From assembly GCA_038087875.1 (NCBI GenBank), contig JAXLNO010000101.1:62001-126000 (forward strand): a stretch of 64,000 bases of DNA. The letters run 5' to 3'. This document shows positions 1-13,869 of the stretch, piece after piece (the first letter of the stretch is position 1; the number at the start of each line of letters is the position of its first letter). Position numbers and translations under genes: made by a program. A model generated the notes under the pieces. The model saw nothing but the letters and a program-made list of their open reading frames with translations. It had not been told where the DNA came from and searched no databases. This DNA comes from Malacoraja senta. Lineage: Eukaryota.

Positions 1-3000
1 ACCAAATCTCCTTTTGCAATTTCAAACCAAACCACAATTTGCATTTTCAATCCAAACCACTATTTTCATTTTCAAAACAAACCTCCTTTTGGATTTTCAA
101 ACCAAACCAACTTTGCATTTTCAAAGTAAACCTTTTGCATTTTCAAACCAAAACTCCATTTGCATTTTAAAAGCAATCCTTTGGCATTTTCAAAGCATAC
201 CACCTTTTGTATTTTCAAAGCAAACTTTTGCATTTTCAAAGCAAACCTTTTGCATTTTCAAAGCAAACCTTTTGCATTTTCAAACCGAACAGCCTTTTCC
301 ATTTTCAAAGAAAACATTTTGCATTTTCAAAGCAAACCTTTTGCATTTTCAAACAAAACCTCCATTTGCATTTTCAAACAAAACCACCTTTTGCATTTTC
401 AAAGCAAACTTTTGAATTTTCAAACAAACCTTTTGCATTTTCAAACCAAACCTCCTTTTTTATATTTTTGCATTTTCATAGAAAACCTTTTGCATTTTCA
501 AAGCATATATTTAGCATTTTCAAACCAAACCACATTTTGCATTTTCAAAGCAAACCTATTCCATTTTCAAAGCAAACCTTTTGCATTTTCAAACTAACCT
601 CCTTTTGCATTTTCAAACCAAACCACCGTTTGCATTTTCAAACCAAACCTCCTTTTTGCATTTTCAAACCAAACCTCCTTTTGCATTTTCAAAGCAAACC
701 TTTTGCATTTTCAAAGCAAACCTTTTGCATTTTCAAACACATCTTGTGCATTTTCAAAGCAAAATAACTTTTGCATTTTCAAAGCAAACTTTGCATTAAA
801 AAAAAATTCCTTTTGCAATTTCAAATCAAACCACCATTTGCATTTTCAAACCAAACCACTATTTGCATTTTCAAAACAAACCTCCTTTTGGATTTTCAAA
901 CCAAACAATCTTTTGCATTTTCAAAGCAAACCACCTTTGCATTTTCAAAGCAAACTTTTGAATTTTCAATCCGATCTTGTGCTTTTTCAAACCAAACCTC
1001 CTTTTGCATTTTCAAACCAACTTTTCATTTTCAAAGTAAACCTTTTGCATTTTCAAACCAAAACGCCATTTGCATTTTAAAAGCAATCCTTTAGCATTTT
1101 CAAAGCATACCACCTTTTGCATTTTCAAAGCAAACTTTTGCATTTTCAAAGCAAACCTTTTGCATTTTCAAAGCAATCCTTTTGCATTTTCAAACCAAAC
1201 AGCCTTTTCCATTTTCAAAGAAAACATTTTGCATTTTCAAAGCAAACCTTTTGCATTTTCAAACAAAACCTCCATTTGCATTTTCAAACAAAACCACCTT
1301 TTGCATTTTCAAAGCAAACTTTTGAATTTTCAAACAAACCTTTTGCATTTTCAAACCAAACCTCCTTTTTTATATTTTTGCATTTTCATAGAAAACCTTT
1401 TGCATTTTCAAAGCATATATTTAGCAATTTCAAACCAAACCATATTTTGCATTTTCAAAGCAAACCTATTCCATTTTCAAAGCAAACCTTTTGCATTTTC
1501 AAACTAACCTCCTTTTGCATTTTCAAACCAAACCACCGTTTGCATTTTCAAACCAAACCTCCTTTTTGCATTTTCAAACCAAACCTCCTTTTGCATTTTC
1601 AAAGCAAACCTTTTGCATTTTCAAAGCAAACCTTTTGCATTTTTAAACCATACCACCATTCGCATTTTCAAACCAACCTCCATTTGCATTTTCAAACCAA
1701 ACTTCCTTTTGCATTTTCAATGCAAACTTTTGCATTTTCAAAGCAAACTTTTGCATTTTCAAACAAATCTTGTGCATTTTCAAAGCAAAATAACTTTTGC
1801 ATTTTCAAAGCAAACTTTTGCATTTTCAAACAAATCTTGTGCATTTTCAAAGCAAAATAACTTTTGCATTTTCAAAGTCAACTTTTTGCATTTTCAAAGC
1901 AAACATTTTCCATTTTGAAACCAAACCACCTTTTGCATTTCCAAACCAATACACCATTTGTAGTTTCAAACCAAACAACCATTTGCATTTTCAAAGCAAT
2001 CCACCTTTTGCATATTCGAAGCTAACCACTTTTTGCATTTTCAAAAAAACCTTTAGCATTTTCAAAGCAAACCTTTTGTGTTTTCAAAGCAAACCTTTTG
2101 CATTAAAAAAAAAATCCTTTTGCAATTTCAAATCAAACCACCATTTGCATTTTCAAACCAAACCACTATTTGCATTTTCAAAACAAACCTCCTTTTGGAT
2201 TTTCAAACCAAACAATCTTTTGCATTTTCAAAGCAAACCACCTTTGCATTTTCAAAGCAAACTTTTGAATTTTCAATCCGATCTTGTGCTTTTTCAAACC
2301 AAACCTCCTTTTGCATTTTCAAAGCAATCCTTTTGCATTTTCAAAGCAATCCTTTTGCATTTTCAAAGCAAACCTTATGCATTTTCAAGCCAAAACTCCT
2401 TTAGCATTTTAAAAGCAATCCTTTTGCATTTTCAAAGCAAACCTTTTGCATTTTCAAAGGAAACCTCCTTTTGCATTTTCAAAGCAAACCACTTTTTGCA
2501 ATTTCAAAGCAAACCACCATTTGCATTTTCAAAGCAAACCATCTTTTGCATGTTCAAAGCAAACCAAATGTTCCATTTTCAAAGCAAATTATTGCATTTT
2601 CAAAGCAAACCTTTTGCATTTTCAAACCAAACCTCCTTTTCCATTTTCAAAGAAAATCTTTTGCATTTTCAAAGCAAACATTTTGCATTTTCAAAGCAAG
2701 CCACCTTTTGCATTTTCAAACTAAACCAACATTTGCATTTCCAAACCAAACCACCATTTGCATTTTCAAACCAAACCTCCTTTTGCATTATGAAACCAAA
2801 CTTCCATTTGCATTTTCAAAGCAAACCTTTTGCATTTTCAAAGCTAACCTTTTGCATTTTCAATGAAAACCTTTTTGCAATTTGAAAGCGAACCACCATT
2901 TGCATTTTCAAAGCAAACCACCTTTTGCATTTGCAAAGCAAACCCCCTTTTGCATTTTCAAAGCAAACCATCATTTGCATTTACAAAGCAAACCCTTTGC

Positions 3001-6000
3001 ATTTTCAAAGCAAGCCACCTTTTGCATTTTCAAAGCAAACCAGCTTTTGCATTGTCAAAGCAAACCACCATTTGACTTTTCTATGTAAACCACCTTCTCC
3101 ATTTTCAAAGCAAACTAACTTTTGCATTTTCAAAACAAACCTTTTGTATTTACATAGCAAATCACATTTTGCATTTTCAAACCAAATCTCCTTTTGCATT
3201 TTCAAACCAAACCACCTTTTGCATCTTCAAAGCAAACTACCTGTTGCATTTTCAAAGCAGACCACCTTTTGCATTGTCAAAGCAAACTTTTGAATTATCA
3301 AACACACCTTTTGCATTTTCAAACCAAACCACCTTTTGCATTTTTAAAGCAAATTAACGTTTGCATTTTCAAAGCCAACCTTTCGCATTTTCAAAGCCAA
3401 CCTTTCGCATTTTCAAAGCAAACCTTTTGCATTTTCAAAGCCAACGTTTTTGCATTTTCAAAGCAAACCACCATTTGCATTTTCAAAGCAAACCACCATT
3501 TGCATTTTCAAAGCAGATAACCTTTTGCATGTTCAATGCAAAGCACCATTTTCATTTTCATAGCAAGCCACCTGTTGCATTTTCAAAGCCAACCGCCTTT
3601 TGCATTTTCAAAGCAAACCGCCTTTTGCATTTGCAAAGCAAACCACCATTGGCATTTTCTACGCAAACCTTTGGCATGTTCAAAGCAAACCCTTTGCATT
3701 TTCAAAGCTTTTGCATTTTCTTGGCAAACCTTTTGCATTTTCAAAGCAAACCATTTGCATTTTCAAAGCAAACCACCTTTTGCATTTTCAAAGATAACCA
3801 CCATTTGCATTTCCAAACCAAACCACCATTTGCATTTTCAAAGCAAACCAACTTTTGCATTTTCAAAGCAAACTACCTTTTGCATTTTGAAAGCAAACCT
3901 TTTGCATTTTCAAACCAAACCACCTTTTGCATTTCCAAACCAAACAACCATTTGCATTTTCAACCCAAACCCCCTTTTGTATTTTCAAAGCAAACCACTT
4001 TTTTACATTTTCAAAGCTAATCTTTTGCATTTTCAAATCAAACCTTTTGCATTTTCATAGCAAACCACCGTTTGCATTTTGAAAGCAAACCACCGTTTGC
4101 ATTTTCATAGCAATCCACATTTTGCATTTTCAAAGCAAATCTTTTGCATTTACAAAGCAAACCACATTTTGCATTTTCAAACCAAACCTCCGTTTTGCAT
4201 TTTCAATCCTAACCACCTTTTGCGTCTTCAATGCAAACTACCTTTTGCATTTTGAAAGCAAACCTTTTGCATTTTCAAAGCAAACCACCTTTTGCATTAC
4301 CAAAGAAAACCTTTTGCATTTTCAAAGCAAACCTTTTGCATTTTCAAAGCAAACCTTTTGCATTTTCAAACAAAACATCCTTTTACAATTTCACACCTAT
4401 CCACCATTTGCATTTTCAAACCAAAGCTCCATTTGCATTTTCAAACCAAACCTCCTTTGGATTTTCAAACCAAATCACCTTTTGAATTTTCAAAGCAAAC
4501 CACCTTTTGCAGTTTCAAAGCAAACTTTTGAATTTTCAAACACATCTTGTGCATTTTCAAACCAAACCTCCTTTTGCATTTTAAAGCAATCCTTTTGCAT
4601 TTACAAAGCAAACCTTTTGCATTTTCAAACCAAATCTCCTTTTGCATTTGCAAACCAAACCACTTTTTGCATTTTCAAAACAAACCTTTTGCATTTTGAA
4701 AGCAAATCACCTTTTGCATTTTCAATCCAAACCACCTTTTGCATTTTCAAAGAAAATTGTTGAATTACCAAACAAACCTTTTGCATTTTCAAACTAACCC
4801 ACCTTTTGCATTTTCAAAGCAAAATTTTGAATTATCAAACACACCTTTTGCATTTTCAAACCAAACCACCTTTTGCATTTTTAAAGCAAATTAACTTTTG
4901 CATTTTCAAAGCCAACCTTTCGCATTTTCAAAGCCAACCTTTCGCATTTTCAAAGCAAACCTGTTGCATTTTCAAAGCAAACGTTTTTGCATTTTCAAAG
5001 CAAACCACCATTTGCATTTTGAAACCAAATCACCTTTTGAATTTTCAAAGCAAACCACCTTTTGCATTTTCAAAGCAAACTTTTGAATTTTCAAACACAT
5101 CTTGTGCATTTTCAAACCAAACCTCCTTTTGCATTTTAAAGCAATCCTTTTGCATTTACAAAGCAAACCTTTTGCATTTTCAAACCAAATCTCCTTTTGC
5201 ATTTGCAAACCAAACCACTTTTTGCATTTTCAAAACAAACCTTTTGCATTTTCAAAGCAAATCACCTTTTGCATTTTCAAACCAAACCACCTTTTGCATT
5301 TTCAAAGAATTTTTTTGAATTACCAAACAAACCATTTGCATTTTCAAACTAACCCACCTTTTGCATTTTGAAAGCAAAATTTTGAATTATCAAACACACC
5401 TTTTGCATTTTCAAACCAAACCACCTTTTGCATTTTTAAAGCAAATTAACTTTTGCATTTTCAAAGCAAACGTTTTTGCATTTTCAAAGCAAACCACCAT
5501 TTGCATTTTCGAAGCAAACCACCATTTGCATTTTCAAAGCAGATCACCTTTTGCATGTTTAATGTAAAGCAACTGTTTCATTTTCATATCAAGCCACCTG
5601 TTGCATTTTCAAAGCCAACCGCATTTGCATTTTCAAAGCAAACCGCCTTTTGCATTTGCAAAGCAAACCACCATTGGCATTTTCAACGCAAACCTTTGGC
5701 ATTTTCAAAGCAAACCCTTTGCATTTTCAAAGATTTTGCATTTTCTTGGCAAACCTTTTGCATTTTCAAAGCAAACCATTTGCTTTTTCAAAGCAAACCA
5801 CCTTTTGCATTTTCAAAGATTTTGCATTTTCTTGGCAAACCTTTTGCATTTTCAAAGCAAACCATTTGCTTTTTCAAAGCAAACCACCTTTTGCATTTTC
5901 AAAGAAAACCACCTTTTGCATTTTCAAAACAAACCTCCTTTTGGATTTTCAAACCAAACCAACTTTTGCATTTTCAAAGTAAACCTTTTGCATTTTCAAA

Positions 6001-9000
6001 CCAAAACTCCATTTGCATTTTAAAAGCAATCCTTTAGCATTTTCAAAGCATACCACCTTTTGCATTTTCAAAGCAAAATTTTGCATTTTCAAAGCAAACC
6101 TTTTGCATTTTCAAAGCAAACCTTTTGCATTTTCAAACCAAACAGCCTTTTCCATTTTCAAAGAAAACATTTTGCATTTTCAAAGCAAACCTTTTGCATT
6201 TTCAAACAAAACCTCCATTTGCATTTTCAAACAAAACCACCTTTTGCCTTTTGCATTTTCAAACCAAACCTCCTTTTTTATATTTTTGCATTTTCATAGA
6301 AAACCTTTTGCATTTTCAAAGCATATATTGAGCATTTTCAAACCAAACCACATTTTGCATTTTCAATGCAAACCTATTCCATTTTCAAAGCAAACCTTTT
6401 GCATTTTCAAACTAACCTCCTTTTGCATTTTCAAACCAAACCACCGTTTGCATTTTCAAACCAAACCTCCTTTTTGCATTTTCAAACCAAACCTCCTTTT
6501 TCCATTTTCAAAGCAAACCTTTTGCATTTTCAAAGCAAACCTTTTGCATTTTTAAACCATACCACCATTCGCATTTTCAAACCAACCTCCATTTGCATTT
6601 TCAAACCAAACTTCCTTTTGCATTTTCAATGCAAACTTTTGCATTTTCAAAGCAAACTTTTGCATTTTCAAACAAATCTTGTGCATTTTCAAAGCAAAAT
6701 AACTTTTGCATTTTCAAAGCAAACTTTTGCATTTTCAAACAAATCTTGTGCATTTTCAAAGCAAAATAACTTTTGCATTTTCAAAGTCAACTTTTTGCAT
6801 TTTCAAAGCAAACATTTTCCATTTTGAAACCAAACCACCTTTTGCATTTCCAAACCAATACACCATTTGTATTTTCAAACCAAACAACCATTTGCATTTT
6901 CAAAGCAGTCCACCTTTTGCATATTCGAAGCTAACCACTTTTTGCATTTTCAAAAAAACCTTTAGCATTTTCAAAGCAAACCTTTTGTATTTTCAAAGCA
7001 AACCTTTTGCATTTAAAAAAAAAATTCCTTTTGCAATTTCAAATCAAACCACCATTTGCATTTTCAAACCAAACCACTATTTGCATTTTCAAAACAAACC
7101 TCCTTTTGGATTTTCAAACCAAACAATCTTTTGCATTTTCAAAGCAAACCACCTTTGCATTTTCAAAGCAAACTTTTGAATTTTCAATCCGATCTTGTGC
7201 TTTTTCAAACCAAACCTCCTTTTGCATTTTCAAAGCAATCCTTTTGCATTTTCAAAGCAATCCTTTTGCATTTTCAAAGCAAACCTTATGCATTTTCAAG
7301 CCAAAACTCCTTTTGCATTTTAAAAGCAATCCTTTTGCATTTTCAAAGCAAACCTTTTGCATTTTCAAAGGAAACCACCTTTTGCATTTTCAAAGCAAAC
7401 CACTTTTTGCAATTTCAAAGCAAACCACCATTTGCATTTTCAAAGCAAACCATCTTTTGCATGTTCAAAGCAAACCAAATGTTGCATTTTCAAAGCAAAT
7501 TTTTGCATATTCAAAGCAAACCTTTTGCATTTTCAAACCAAACCTCCTTTTCCATTTTCAAAGAAAACCTTTTGCATTTTCAAAGCAAACATTTTGCATT
7601 TTCAAACAAAACCTCCTTTTGCATTTTCAAACTAAACCAACATTTGCATTTCCAAATCAAACCACCATTTGCATTTTCAAACCAAACCTCCTTTTGCATT
7701 ATGAAACCAAACTTCCATTTGCATTTTCAAAGCAAACCTTTTGCATTTTCAAAGCTAACCTTTTGCATTTTCAATGAAAACCTTTTTGCAATTTGAAAGC
7801 AAACCACCATTTGCATTTTCAAAGCAAACCACCTTTTGCATTTGCAAAGCAAACCACCTTTTGCATTTTCAAAGCAAACCATCATTTGCATTTACTAAGC
7901 AAACCCTTTGCATTTTCAAAGGAAACCACCTTTTGCATTTTCAAAGCAAACCACTTTTTGCAATTTCAAAGCAAACCACCATTTGCATTTTCAAAGCAAA
8001 CCATCTTTTGCATGTTGAAAGCAAACCAAATGTTGCATTTTCAAAGTAAACCTTTTGTATTTTCAAAGTAAACCTTTTGCATTTTCAAACCAAACAGCCT
8101 TTTCCATTTTCAAAGAAAACATTTTGCATTTTCAAAGCAAACTTTTGAATTTTCAAACAAACCTTTTGCATTTTCAAACAAAACCTCCTTTTTTATATTT
8201 TTGCATTTTCATAGAAAACCTTTTGCATTTTCAAAGCATATATTTAGCATTTTTGCATGTTCAAAGCAAACCAAATGTTGCATTTTCAAAGTAAACCTTT
8301 TGTATTTTCAAAGTAAACCTTTTGTATTTTCAAACCAAACAGCCTTTTCCATTTTCAAAGAAAACATTTTGCATTTTCAAAGCAAACCTTTTGCATTTTC
8401 AAACAAAACCTCCATTTGCATTTTCAAACAAAACCACCTTTTGCATTTTCAAAGCAAACTTTTGAATTTTCAAACAAACATTTTGCATTTTCAAACAAAA
8501 CCTCCTTTTTTATATTTTTGCATTTTCATAGAAAACCTTTTGCATTTTCAAAGCATATATTTAGCATTTTCGAACCAAACCACAATTTGCATTTTCAAAG
8601 CAAACCTATTCCATTTTCAAAGCAAACCTTTTGCATTTTCAAACTAACCTCCTTTTGCATTTTCAAACCAAACCACCGTTTGCATTTTCAAACCAAACCT
8701 CCTTTTGCATTTTCAAACCAAGCCTCCTTTTGCATTTTCAAAGCAAACCTTTTGCATTTTCAAAGCAAACCTTTTGCATTTTTAAACCATACCACCATTC
8801 GCATTTTCAAACCAACCTCCATTTGCATTTTCAAACCAAACTTCCTTTTGCATTTTCAACGCAAACTTTTGCATTTTCAAAGCAAACTTTTGCATTTTCA
8901 AACAAATCTTGTGCATTTTCAAAGCAAAATAACTTTTGCATTTTCAAAGTCAACTTTTTGCATTTTCAAAGCAAACCTTTTCCATTTTGAAACCAAACCA

Positions 9001-12000
9001 CCTTTTGCATTTCCAAACCAATACACCATTTGTATTTTCAAACCAAACAACCATTTGCATTTTCAAAGCAATCCACCTTTTGCATATTCGAAGCTAACCA
9101 CTTTTTGCATTTTCAAAAAAACCTTTAGCATTTTCAAAGCAAACCTTTTGTATTTTCAAAGCAAACCTTTTGCATTAAGAAAAAAATTCCTTTTGCAATT
9201 TCAAATCAAACCACCATTTGCATTTTCAAACCAAACCACTATTTGCATTTTCAAAACAAACCTCCTTTTGGATTTTCAAACCAAACAATCTTTTGCATTT
9301 TCAAAGCAAACCACCTTTGCATTTTCAAAGCAAACTTTTGAATTTTCAAACAAACCTTTTGCATTTTCAAACCAAACCTCCTTTTTTTTTATATTTTTGC
9401 ATTTTCATAGAAAATCTTTTGCATTTTCAAAGCATATATTGAGCATTTTCAAACCAAACCACATTTTGCATTTTCAAAGCAAACCTATTCCATTTTCAAA
9501 GCAAACCTTTTGCATTTTCAAACTAACCTCCTTTTGCATTTTCAAACCAAACCACCGTTTGCATTTTCAAACCAAACCTCCTTTTTGCATTTTCAAACCA
9601 AACCTCCTTTTGCATTTTCAAAGCAAACCTTTTGCATTTTCAAAGCAAACCTTTTACATTTTTAAACCATACCACCATTCGCATTTTCAAACCAACCTCC
9701 ATTTGCATTTTCAAAGCAAACCTTTGCATTTTCAAAGCAAACCTTTTGCATTTTCAAAGCAAACCTTTTGCATTTTCAAACCAAACAGCCTTTTCCATTT
9801 TCAAAGAAAACATTTTGCATTTTCAAAGCAAACCTTTTGCATTTTCAAACAAAACCTCCATTTGCATTTTCAAACAAAACCACCTTTTGCATTTTCAAAG
9901 CAAACTTTTGAATTTTCAAACAAACCTTTTGCATTTTCAAACCAAACCTCCTTTTTTATATTTTTGCATTTTCATAGAAAACCTTTTGCATTTTCAAAGC
10001 ATATATTGAGCAATTTCAAACCAAACCACATTTTGCATTTTCAAAGCAAACCTATTCCATTTTCAAAGCAAACCTTTTGCATTTTCAAACTAACCTCCTT
10101 TTGCATTTTCAAACCAAACCACCGTTTGCATTTTCAAACCAAACCTCCTTTTTGCATTTTCAAACCAAACCTCCTTTTGCATTTTCAAAGCAAACCTTTT
10201 GCATTTTCAAAGCAAACCTTTTGCATTTTTAAACCATACCACCATTCGCATTTTCAAACCAACCTCCATTTGCATTTTCAAACCAAACTTCCTTTTGCAT
10301 TTTCAAAGCAAACTTTTGCATTTTCAAACAAATCTTGTGCATTTTCAAAGCAAAATAACTTTTGCATTTTCAAAGCAAACTTTTGCATTTTCAAACAAAT
10401 CTTGTGCATTTTCAAAGCAAAATAACTTTTGCATTTTCAAAGTCAACTTTTTGCATTTTCAAAGCAAACCTTTTCCATTTTGAAACCAAACCACCTTTTG
10501 CATTTCCAAACCAATACACCATTTGTATTTTCAAACCAAACAACCATTTGCATTTTCAAAGCAGTCCACCTTTTGCATATTCGAAGCTAACCACTTTTTG
10601 CATTTTCAAAAAAACCTTTAGCATTTTCAAAGCAAACCTTTTGTATTTTCAAAGCAAACCTTTTGCATTTTAAAAAAAAAATCCTTTTGCAATTTCAAAT
10701 CAAACCACCATTTGCATTTTCAAACCAAACCACTATTTGCATTTTCAAAACAAACCTCCTTTTGGATTTTCAAACCAAACAATCTTTTGCATTTTCAAAG
10801 CAAACCACCTTCGCATTTTCAAAGCAAACTTTTGAATTTTCAATCCGATCTTGTGCTTTTTCAAACCAAACCTCCTTTTGCATTTTCAAAGCAATCCTTT
10901 TGCATTTTCAAAGCAATCCTTTTGCATTTTCAAAGCAAACCTTATGCATTTTCAAGCCAAAACTCATTTTGCATTTTAAAAGCAATCCTTTTGCATTTTC
11001 AAAGCAAACCTTTTGCATTTTCAAAGGAAACCACCTTTTGCATTTTCAAAGCAAACCACTTTTTGCAATTTCAAAGCAAACCACCATTTGCATTTTCAAA
11101 GCAAACCATCTTTTGCATGTTCAAAGCAAACCAAATGTTGCATTTTCAAAGCAAATTTTTGCATTTTCAAAGCAAACCTTTTGCATTTTCAAACCAAACC
11201 TCCTTTTCCATTTTCAAAGAAAACCTTTTGCATTTTCAAAGCAAACATTTTGCATTTTCAAACAAAACCTCCTTTTGCATTTTCAAACTAAACCAACATT
11301 TGCATTTCCAAACCAAACCACCATTTGCATTTTCAAACCAAACCTCCTTTTGCATTATGAAACCAAACTTCCATTTGCATTTTCAAAGCAAACCTTTTGC
11401 ATTTTCAAAGCTAACCTTTTGCATTTTCAATGAAAACCTTTTTGCAATTTGAAAGCAAACCACCGTTTGCATTTTCAAAGCAAACCACCTTTTGCATTTG
11501 CAAAGCAAACCACCTTTTGCATTTTCAAAGCAAACCATCATTTGCATTTACAAAGCAAACCCTTTGCATTTTCAAAGGAAACCACCTTTTGCATTTTCAA
11601 AGCAAACCACTTTTTGCAATTTCAAAGCAAACCACCATTTGCATTTTCAAAGCAAACCATCTTTTGCATGTTGAAAGCAAACCAAATGTTGCATTTTCAA
11701 AGTAAACCTTTTGTATTTTCAAAGTAAACCTTTTGCATTTTCAAACCAAACAGCCTTTTCCATTTTCAAAGAAAACATTTTGCATTTTCAAAGCAAACCT
11801 TTTGCATTTTCAAACAAAACCTCCATTTGCATTTTCAAACAAAACCACCTTTTGCATTTTCAAAGCAAACTTTTGAATTTTCAAACAAACCTTTTGCATT
11901 TTCAAACAAAACCTCCTGAAAGCAAACCAAATGTTGCATTTTCAAAGTAAACCTTTTGTATTTTCAAAGTAAACCTTTTGCATTTTCAAACCAAACCACC

Positions 12001-12450
12001 TTTTGCATATCCAAACCCAACCACCTTTTGCATTTTCAAACCAAACCAACTTTTACATTTTCAAAGCAAATTGCCTTTTGCATTTTGAAAGCAAACCTTT
12101 TGCATTTTCAAAGCAAACCACCTTTTCCATTTCGAAACCAAACCACCATTTGTATTCTCCACCCAAACCACCATTTGCATTTTCAATCCAAACCACCATT
12201 TGCATTTTCAAACCGAACCACCATTAGCATTTTCAAGCAAACCTTCATTTGCATTTTGAAACCAAACCTTTTACATTTTCAAAGCAAAACTTTTGCATTT
12301 TTAAAGCAAATCGTATGCATTATCAAAGCAAACCCTTTGCATTTTCAAAGCAAACCTTTTGCATTTTCTAGGCAAACCTTTTGAATTTTCAAACCAAACC
12401 ACCTTTTGCATTTCCAAACCAAACCACCATTTGCATTTTCAAACCAAACC
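1..12450. repeat. Satellite DNA array of 21/22/25-bp monomers (block 1)
   Basis: Continuous tandem variants of TTTTGCATTTTCAAAGCAAACC and (A/T)TTTGCATTTTCAAACCAAACC(A/T)CC. The array runs off the left edge and ends at ...caaaccaaacc|gtcaag. Confidence 0.98.
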
Positions 12451-12491
12451 GTCAAGTCAAGTCAAGTCACATTTATTTATATAGCACATTT
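12451..12491 (-). mobile_element. Extreme 3' tail of L2 LINE copy 1, separated from its body by DIRS copy 1
   Basis: Minus strand reads aaatgtgctatataaataaatgtgac(ttgac)3, an L2-type short-repeat tail. It joins seamlessly to the L2 3' UTR seen after the DIRS right end in copy 2 (38098 onward). Confidence 0.85.
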
Positions 12492-12700
12492 TACTTCGGA
12501 GTCACGTGAGTGACTACGTGAAGAACCCCGCCAGTGCGCCTGCGCGTCATTACGTCAGACGCCTTGTCGCAAACGGAGGTGAGGAGCAGAGCTCCTCAGT
12601 GGATTTGTAGTTTTTAAACTACTAGGTAAGTAAAAAGTTTTTTCAGTATTTTTTCAGGTCCGTTTACTGTGGGTCTGTGGGGATTTCTTCCACAGATGCC

Positions 12701-13820
12701 ATGGAAAAAACGGGCAGGGGGAAGAGGCGAGCGACACAGCCGACAAAGTCGGGAAAGTCGGGAGTCTGCGGTTAGCGACCAACCGCCTCTAAAACCCCGG
12801 TACAGTCGTCAGCGGTGAGCATAGCGACTGTGGACCTGGGGCAGTCAACGACTGTCGGGCGCAAGGCCAAGTCCGAATCCAAACGGGCAACGGAGGAGGA
12901 GTCCGAGGAAATGGAAGCTCCAGGGCTAGATACTACTTTTAAGCGTATTGCCCAAATGGAAAGCCTGCTACATAGGCTGTTGGAGCAAAGCACACTCAGG
13001 CAAGAGTGTACTGAAATCCAAGCTGCTGGAAGCAGCTTAAACAGCTCCTGGTTCAGGGCTGATAGAATGCACCCTCAGGGATGAGGAGCGTGCCATGGGT
13101 CATGAGATTTCAGACCCCGATTCTGACGGTGAGGCTCTATGTGATTTGTCACAGTAGCCGTGATATAAGTGATGTACAGATGTTCCACCCCTGGAAGTAT
13201 GATTCGCTGCCCCGTCAGAGTCAGGAGAGCCATTAAAAGAGAATTGGCCTCCCTAATAAATTACTTGGTTTCCCATCAGCTGGAACAGCAGGAAATGGAT
13301 GAGAATGCAAGAAAATATGAGTTGAGTATGACTATGATAGCTCAAGAATCGAAATGGCGGAGAATATTAAAGCTGCTGGAATCTGGAATAACTGCTTTGC
13401 CAGAATAGCGGATAAAAGCCAAGAGATGACGGAGTTGCATCAGAAAGCACTGGGTTTGCTATGCAGCACCCACTTCGAGATCAATTGTCCGAGGAAAGGT
13501 GCTATACGGCCTACTATGCATCCGGAATTCGCAGCACTCTGCAAACCAAGTAATGTACAATTACCCAACTTACTCTTTGGAGAGAATCTCGAAAGATGTG
13601 TTCAAGAGTTGGAAGATGAAGCGAAAACAGGATTGATGAAAACATCAATGGTTGTAAAGTCTGTAAAGAGAAATATCCTTTCAGACGTCATACGGATACT
13701 GGACAGGACCAAGTCGCTCATTAACGCAGGGACGTCGCTGGCGGCCTGCAGCGGGAGCAAGAACCAGTGAGGGTGCTTCCGGCAGAATCCAGGGATCTCA
13801 GAATACTCAAATGATTCAAG
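12701..13820 (+). pseudogene. DIRS gag-like ORF1, fragmented
   Basis: Kozak-like gccATGg at 12701. Fragments 12815-13084, 13169-13408 and 13354-13770 include NLLFGENL, resembling the LFG motif of DIRS gag. End is approximate. Confidence 0.7.
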
Positions 13821-13869
13821 AGGTAGGTGGACCTGGTTCTCATGGGAACATACTAACTGGATTAAGTCC

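Noticed and set aside
1..12450. CRISPR-like array of short, partly palindromic repeats
   Set aside because: There are no unique spacers, monomers abut directly, no cas genes are present and the context is vertebrate retroelements.
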